In this document: piece by piece, positions 58,759-64,000 of the stretch | Numbering within the stretch: the stretch's first letter is position 1 | Layout of the letters: each line of letters begins with the position of its first letter | DNA from: a bacterium | Lineage (GTDB): Bacteria; UBA8248 | DNA length: 64,000 nucleotides | Reading direction: 5' to 3' | Assembly: GCA_965219955.1 (NCBI GenBank) | Contig: OZ244799.1 | Location: 1,952,001 to 2,016,000, forward strand | The notes under the pieces: generated by a model | Database searches by the model: none | Seen by the model: only the letters and a program-made list of their open reading frames with translations | Told to the model about the DNA's origin: nothing | Program-made: the position numbers and the translations under genes

Positions 58759-60087
58759 ATGAGGCTCCACCGCATCCTCTGGACACTGGCCGCCGCACTC
58801 CTGCTGCCCGCCCTGGCATGGGCGGACGTCATCACCTACGAGCGTGAGGAATTGCCCGGCGGCGGCGTATTGCTCGTCAAGCAGAGCAGGCAACTGCCCA
58901 TGGTGCGGGTCGCCGTCTCGATTCCGGCGGGCGCGCGCCATGAAGCGCCCGAACAGGCGGGACTCGCGAACCTGACCGCCGCACTCCTCACCCGGGGAAC
59001 AAAAACGAGAAGCGCTTCGGAGGTCGAGAAGCTGAACGACGCCCTGGGCGGCGGCGTGGGCATGGAGGCAGGCCGCGCGCGCGCAGGAGCCTCCATGCGC
59101 GTGCTCACGCGGGATCTGGAAGAGGGCCTATCACTTCTGAGCGACGTTCTCAGAAACCCCGTCTTTCCGGCGGAGGAGGTCGGCAAGACGAAGCGGCGCA
59201 TCGCGGGCGGCATGCGCAGGCAGCGCGAGCGTCCCGGCCATCTGGCGAACAAGGCGCTCCGGAAAAGCCTCTTTGGGGAAACGCCCTACGGCCGCCTGGT
59301 CGAGGGCACGGAGGCGTCGATCAGGAAACTGGGCAGGGAGGACATCGTCCGCTTCCACCGGAAATGGTACGGCATGAAGGGGACGATCTTCGTCTTCGTG
59401 GGCGACGTTTCACTCAAGCGCGCGAGAGAACTCGTTCTGGCCCGCTTCAAGGGCTGGCGGGCGGAGGGAGGAAAAATCCCGGAAACCGCCCCGCCCGAGA
59501 CGCCCACGAAGATGCAGGTGCTCAAGATCGACCGCCCCCTCACCCAGACCACGGTGATGCTGGGCAACCGCTCGCTCAAGCGCACGCATCCTGATTTCTA
59601 CGCCGCGCGCGTGATGAACTACATTCTGGGCGGCGGCGGGTTTTCGAGCAGAATCATGGACAACCTGAGAGAAGAAAAGGGTCTCGTTTACAGCGCCTAC
59701 AGCTATTTCGCCTCGGGCCGTCATGCGGGCCACTGGCGGCTCATGCTCCAGACGAAGAACAAGACAGCGAACGAGGCCATCAAAGAGGCAATCGCGGAGG
59801 TGAAGCGCATCAAGGAAAAAGGGGTGAGCGACAAGGAGCTTCAAGACGCCAGGGATTTCATTACCGGGAACTTCGCCACGCGCTTCGGCTCATCGAGCCG
59901 CATCGCGAATTACATTCTCGCCGTGGAGATTCTGGGCTTCTCCCCCGGCTACGCGGATGTATACCTGAAAAAAATCCGCGCCGTCACGAAGAAGCAAATT
60001 CAGGACGCCGCGAGAAAACACATCAAGCTCGACGAATCCATTCTCGCGGTGGTGGGAAACCTGAACGAGGCGAAACTGGCCTATTGA
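58759..60087 (+). CDS. M16 peptidase, non-catalytic partner subunit
   Basis: GLANLTAALLTRGT without HxxEH; ILGGGGFSSR...LREEKGLVYS. Confidence 0.92.
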   Translation: MRLHRILWTLAAALLLPALAWADVITYEREELPGGGVLLVKQSRQLPMVRVAVSIPAGARHEAPEQAGLANLTAALLTRGTKTRSASEVEKLNDALGGGVGMEAGRARAGASMRVLTRDLEEGLSLLSDVLRNPVFPAEEVGKTKRRIAGGMRRQRERPGHLANKALRKSLFGETPYGRLVEGTEASIRKLGREDIVRFHRKWYGMKGTIFVFVGDVSLKRARELVLARFKGWRAEGGKIPETAPPETPTKMQVLKIDRPLTQTTVMLGNRSLKRTHPDFYAARVMNYILGGGGFSSRIMDNLREEKGLVYSAYSYFASGRHAGHWRLMLQTKNKTANEAIKEAIAEVKRIKEKGVSDKELQDARDFITGNFATRFGSSSRIANYILAVEILGFSPGYADVYLKKIRAVTKKQIQDAARKHIKLDESILAVVGNLNEAKLAY

Positions 60088-60116
60088 GGCCCGGGGGCGG
60101 ATGAGGAGGAATAAAG

Positions 60117-60512
60117 ATGAAGCGCGAAACAGTAACGCCCGATGCGCTGGCCGCGCCCGCGGGGCATTTCTCGCACGGGGTCATCGCCGAGGGCGGGCGC
60201 ACGCTCTACGTGGCGGGCCAGACGCCGCTCGATGAGGACGGCAACATCGTCTGCCCAGGCGACCCGGAGGGACAGGCGCGCCAGTGCTACCGGAACATCC
60301 AGAAGGTGGTGGAGGCGGCCGGCGGACGCATGGCGGATACGGCCAAGATCCAGGTCTTCGTGACGAGTCTCGACTACAGGGCCGCCGTCGGCAAGGTGCG
60401 GGCCGAGTTCTTTCCGGATGACCCGCCGGTGAGCACGTTCCTGGTGATCTCGAGTCTGGCCGAGCCCGGTTTTCTGGTCGAAGTCGAGGCGATCGTCCCC
60501 CTGCCCGGATAA
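60117..60512 (+). CDS. RidA/YjgF family protein
   Basis: LYVAGQ, PPVSTF and LVEVEAI. Confidence 0.9.
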   Translation: MKRETVTPDALAAPAGHFSHGVIAEGGRTLYVAGQTPLDEDGNIVCPGDPEGQARQCYRNIQKVVEAAGGRMADTAKIQVFVTSLDYRAAVGKVRAEFFPDDPPVSTFLVISSLAEPGFLVEVEAIVPLPG

Positions 60513-60523
60513 AAGAGACAGCG

Positions 60524-60916
60524 GTGAGCGGAAAAACAACCCTGCGATGGGCGTTCGCGCTCGCATATATGGCGGGGATTCACCTCTGGACGGCGACGGG
60601 CGGGCGGAATCCCTCCACACCCATGCCGTTCGGGGTGGACAAAATCGTGCACCTCTGCGAGTTTGGGCTTCTCGCCCGGCTGCTCTGGCGGCCCTGGCGG
60701 GAAACGCTCCCCCACTGGGCCGAGGGGAAAACAGCCGCCTTCGTCTTGGTTCTCACGGCCTTGAACGGCCTGGGCGACGAGTTGCACCAGCTTTTCCTCC
60801 CCCACAGGACCGCCACGTGGGGAGACCTGGCGGCGGACATCGCGGGCGGCGGGGCCGCCGTCATGTGGTGTCTGCACCGCGAGAAGGGGAGGCCCTCTGC
60901 AGTGAGACCGCAATAG
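60524..60916 (+). CDS. VanZ-like membrane protein
   Basis: DKIVH, DELHQLFLPHR and DLAAD. Confidence 0.85.
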   Translation: MSGKTTLRWAFALAYMAGIHLWTATGGRNPSTPMPFGVDKIVHLCEFGLLARLLWRPWRETLPHWAEGKTAAFVLVLTALNGLGDELHQLFLPHRTATWGDLAADIAGGGAAVMWCLHREKGRPSAVRPQ

Positions 60917-60925
60917 GAGAACTCG

Positions 60926-61375
60926 ATGGCCGGCATCCGGGAGGCGCTCACCGAAGACATGAAGGCCGCCATGCGCGCCAGGGAGACGCTCCGGCTCTCC
61001 ACCATCCGGATGGTGCGCGCCGAGATTTTGAACAAGGACAAGGAAGGCGGTGAAGAAACATCGGAAGAAGATATTCTCAAACTACTCCAAAGTATGGTAA
61101 AGAAACGGGAGGAAGCCGCCGAGCAGTACGCAGCCGCAGGCCGCGAGGATATGGCCCGGCAGGAACGAGATGAAATCCGGATCATCGAGGGCTATCTACC
61201 AGCGCAGATGGGGGATGCGGAAATCGAATCCGCCGCCCGGGCGATCATCGAGGAAACCGGAGCCTCCTCGATGAAAGACATGGGCAAGGTAATGGGAATT
61301 CTCACTCGTGAACTGGCCGGGCGCGCTACGGGCGCCCGGGTTTCCCAGGCGGTCCGGAAACTCCTGGGCACTTAG
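60926..61375 (+). CDS. GatB/YqeY domain protein
   Basis: DMKAAMRA, KKREEA, YLPAQ and MKDMGKVMG. Confidence 0.93.
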   Translation: MAGIREALTEDMKAAMRARETLRLSTIRMVRAEILNKDKEGGEETSEEDILKLLQSMVKKREEAAEQYAAAGREDMARQERDEIRIIEGYLPAQMGDAEIESAARAIIEETGASSMKDMGKVMGILTRELAGRATGARVSQAVRKLLGT

Positions 61376-61394
61376 GTAAGAAGGAGGTCTCCAA

Positions 61395-61790
61395 ATGAAG
61401 AAGCCGACCTACCGCTTAGAAGACGTCGCCACAGCGTACCAATGCGAACCCGAGCAGGAGGAGATCATCTCTGCTCTGGCCGAGCGCGACTACCGTGTAT
61501 TCGAGGTCGAGCAGCCCGCCGGAGCCTTCGTGCCCTACCACACGCACGATGAGGAAGAAGCCGTGATCGTCATCGAGGGCCAGATGCAGTTCAACGTCGA
61601 GGAAGAACTCGTCCTCGTCCAGCAAGGCGAAGTGATCACCATCCGCGAGGAGGCGATACACAGCGCCGCCCAGATTGGAGAGGAGAAGGCAAAGCTCCTG
61701 CTCGCATTTCCGAATGACGGGAGCGACCCGCCGGTCATCGACCTCGACTGGGAGGGCGATGAGGAGGACGACAACCTCGGCTACGCCTGA
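61395..61790 (+). CDS. Cupin domain protein
   Basis: PYHTHDEEE...G...IHSA; AAGGAGG RBS. Confidence 0.85.
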   Translation: MKKPTYRLEDVATAYQCEPEQEEIISALAERDYRVFEVEQPAGAFVPYHTHDEEEAVIVIEGQMQFNVEEELVLVQQGEVITIREEAIHSAAQIGEEKAKLLLAFPNDGSDPPVIDLDWEGDEEDDNLGYA

Positions 61791-62235
61791 GTCCAACTAC
61801 TTCGCCTACGGGGCAAACCTGCACGTCGCGCAAATGAAGTCCCTCTGCCCCGGGAGCGAACCCGTATGTCCCGCGCGCCTTTTGGACTACCGCCTCACCA
61901 TCGCCCTGCCCGCGGCGTCACCCGGAAACCAGCCCGGCTGGGCGACCGTGACGCCCCATGAGGGCGCGCTGGTGCCGGGCGCGCTGTTCCGTCTCCACGA
62001 AGACGACCTGCCCGCGCTGGATCACTTCGAGGACTACCCGTCGCTGTACGGTCGTGAAGAAGTAGGAATCGTCACGGACGAAGGCCCGCTCCGGGCCATG
62101 ATCTACATCATGCGGCATCCGCTGAAAGCGGCACGCCCCGCGGCCCACTACGTCGAAACGCTCCGGCAGGGTTACAGTGATTTCGACCTGCCGATGGAGG
62201 TGCTCGAAAGCGTTCTGGGGGAGACCTTCTCTTGA
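61759..62235 (+). CDS. Gamma-glutamylcyclotransferase family protein
   Basis: YFAYGANL, LDHFEDYP.LY and QGY; start uncertain. Confidence 0.85.
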   Translation: MRRTTTSATPESNYFAYGANLHVAQMKSLCPGSEPVCPARLLDYRLTIALPAASPGNQPGWATVTPHEGALVPGALFRLHEDDLPALDHFEDYPSLYGREEVGIVTDEGPLRAMIYIMRHPLKAARPAAHYVETLRQGYSDFDLPMEVLESVLGETFS

Positions 62236-62236
62236 T

Positions 62237-62462
62237 GGGGTTGCTGCCCCTCCCCTGACAAAGGGGGACAGGGGGGTGGTCTCAACAAGTGAGGGGGCAA
62301 TCGAACCGACCGGGGAGGCGCCACCCCGTAGGGACAGGCCTCCGTGCCTGTCCTGATTCGAACCATCCTGCAAAAGGACAACCACGGAGGGCAGGACAAT
62401 CCCAAAGGGTTGTCCCTACTACAACCGCAACATCGATCGACGGGGGCTTTTTCAACAACTCC
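62237..62462. repeat. REP-like hairpin cluster ending in a TTTTTCAACAACTCC TIR-like end
   Basis: CCCCTGACAAAGGGG, GTAGGGACAGGCCTCCGTGCCTGTCC and GGACAATCCCAAAGGGTTGTCCCTAC. Confidence 0.8.
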
Positions 62463-62504
62463 ATCCGGAACCGACTTCGAAACGGACGTTCGAATGGTTG
62501 GACG

Positions 62505-62966
62505 TCAGTCGGCGGTTCTCTCGAGCAGACGGCGCAAGGCCAGCATCGTCGTCTCGCTTTGCCTCATCGTCGTCTCACTTTGCCTCATCGTCATCTCGCT
62601 CTGCTTCATCGTGATTTCGCTCTGCCTGAGCAGCGCGTCCGTTCGTTTCGTGGACTCTTCAAGCTGCTTGCTCATGGTATCCGCCATGATCTCCGTCCGC
62701 TTCATGGATTCTTCCTGCAACCTCGTCAGCGCGTCCGTCCGCTTCATGGACTCCTCATGCTGCTTGGCAAAGGCGTCCGCCATGAGTTCGATCTGCCTCA
62801 TCATGGCGTCGATCTGCCTGTCCGTCTGCCGGGCGCGCCTCTCGGAGGCATCGCTCATCCGTTTGATGCCGTAAAAGAACAAACCCGATTGCACCATGCC
62901 CACGAACAGGGCCACACCGGCCTGAACCCATCCCACGAGCAAGGTCGCCTGCTGGAATTCCGTCAT
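62505..62966 (-). CDS. Membrane-anchored coiled-coil protein with internal repeats
   Basis: N-terminal TM helix, EESMKRTDAL-like repeats, four RQSETTM heptads, C-terminus LRRLLERTAD. Confidence 0.75.
   Translation of the reverse strand: MTEFQQATLLVGWVQAGVALFVGMVQSGLFFYGIKRMSDASERRARQTDRQIDAMMRQIELMADAFAKQHEESMKRTDALTRLQEESMKRTEIMADTMSKQLEESTKRTDALLRQSEITMKQSEMTMRQSETTMRQSETTMLALRRLLERTAD
62544..62627. repeat. 4 x 21-bp tandem repeat (CATCGTCGTCTCGCTTTGCCT-like)
   Basis: Units start at 62544, 62565, 62586 and 62607. Confidence 0.9.
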
Positions 62967-63116
62967 TTCCCACTCTCCCACGCCTGAGAATAAATCAACA
63001 TACGAGACGTCATCAACTCGTCCCGTCCCGGGTGGGTCCTCTGTTGTCGGTTAGATCGTTAAGAAGTATAACATGAATCGAAACAATAACGAAAATACCG
63101 GGGTCAATCCGTTTTC

Positions 63117-63602
63117 CTAGAAATCGCCCTTTTCCTGCAGATACGGAATGAGACCGCCCGCCTCGATCATCGCCCAGAGGCCGTCCGGAAAAGGCGCGAA
63201 GGTGACGGTCTCATCGCCAACGCGGGCCTCGCCCGCCATGGGGTCGACCTCTATCTCATCGCCCGCCTCTATCGCGTCGGTATCGCACGCGATGACGGGG
63301 AGCCCCGAGTTGATGGCGTTCCGGTAGAACATGTGCCCAAAACTCCTGGCGAGCACACAGCTCACGCCGAGTTCCCTGAGCACGACGGCGGAATCCTGAC
63401 GGCTGCTGACGAGGCCGAAGTTCTCCCCCGCCACCACCACGTCGCCTTGCTGTACTCTCCCCGAGAAATCGGGGTCCAGTTCCCTGAAGGCGTCGCGCTT
63501 CAATTCTTCCAACGAGGTGCCCGGCGAGCGGTATTTGACCGACAGATGCACGTCGGTGCTGATGTCGTCGCCGAAGCGGTGGACGCGTCCCCTCATCGCC
63601 AC
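63117..63602 (-). CDS. 3-isopropylmalate dehydratase/homoaconitase-type small subunit
   Basis: FGDDISTD, AGENFG.VSSRQ, SFGHMFYRNAIN.GLP and AGGL. Confidence 0.9.
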   Translation of the reverse strand: MAMRGRVHRFGDDISTDVHLSVKYRSPGTSLEELKRDAFRELDPDFSGRVQQGDVVVAGENFGLVSSRQDSAVVLRELGVSCVLARSFGHMFYRNAINSGLPVIACDTDAIEAGDEIEVDPMAGEARVGDETVTFAPFPDGLWAMIEAGGLIPYLQEKGDF

Positions 63603-63623
63603 GATTTCATTCTCCTCATACGC

Positions 63624-64000
63624 CTAGAGAAACTCTCTGGGATCCGTGATACGGCCCGCCACCGCGCTCGCCGCCACCGTGGCGGGCGAGCCCAGATAAA
63701 TCTCGGCCTCCTTGCTGCCGAGCCTCCCCGGGAAATTGCGGTTCGCGGAGGATATGGCGCGCTCCCCGTCGGCGAGGCAGCCGTTTCCCGTCATCGAGGC
63801 ACAAGGCCCGCACGCGGCGGTGAGCACGGCGGCCCCCGCTTCGGCCAAAGCCCCGATGGCCCCGCTCGCGGCGGCGGCCTCGTAGATCTTCTTGCTCGTG
63901 GGCGCGACGTAGAAGCGAACACCCGGCGCAATCTTCCTGCCGCGCACGATCTTTGCGGCGATTTCGATATCCTCGAGCCTCCCGTTCGTGCACGTGCCCA
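63624..64000 (-). CDS. 3-isopropylmalate dehydratase/homoaconitase-type large subunit (3' part; start outside window)
   Basis: GTCTNGRLED, CGPC, SSANRNFPGR and SPATVAASA. Confidence 0.92.
   Translation of the reverse strand, partial: GTCTNGRLEDIEIAAKIVRGRKIAPGVRFYVAPTSKKIYEAAAASGAIGALAEAGAAVLTAACGPCASMTGNGCLADGERAISSANRNFPGRLGSKEAEIYLGSPATVAASAVAGRITDPREFL

Overview
High-GC bacterial chromosomal window. Housekeeping blocks: tenA/aroA, cvpA, rimI, pgi, gap-pgk-tpiA-secG, a peptide ABC transporter, tRNA-Leu(GAG), def, an M16 peptidase pair and leuCD-like genes. Accessory content: (1) a ~12-kb zinc-starvation locus built around a perfect Zur box, with zur-znuC-znuB on one side and znuA (about 30-His repeat loop), an LbtU-like porin, a DsrE/SaoD-like protein, two COG0523 GTPases, a Cys-tailed flavoprotein, a small membrane protein and a WD40 protein on the other; (2) a 1,375-bp IS110-family (IS1111-group) element splitting one COG0523 gene, whose 3' non-coding end contains readable target- and donor-matching segments and stems typical of a bridge/seekRNA; (3) toxin-antitoxin modules and relics with three apparent toxin losses, plus a tandem HNH nuclease pair; (4) transposase-less MITE-like elements with GGG(G)TTGTTGAAAAA inverted ends that insert into hairpin loops, duplicate the loop, nest, and carry different REP-like hairpin cargo; (5) a non-canonical Sdh-like + Fe-S hydro-lyase + 2-hydroxyacid dehydrogenase operon with altered active-site motifs, suggesting a pathway for an unknown substrate. 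Family calls come from motif recognition only; no searches were run.
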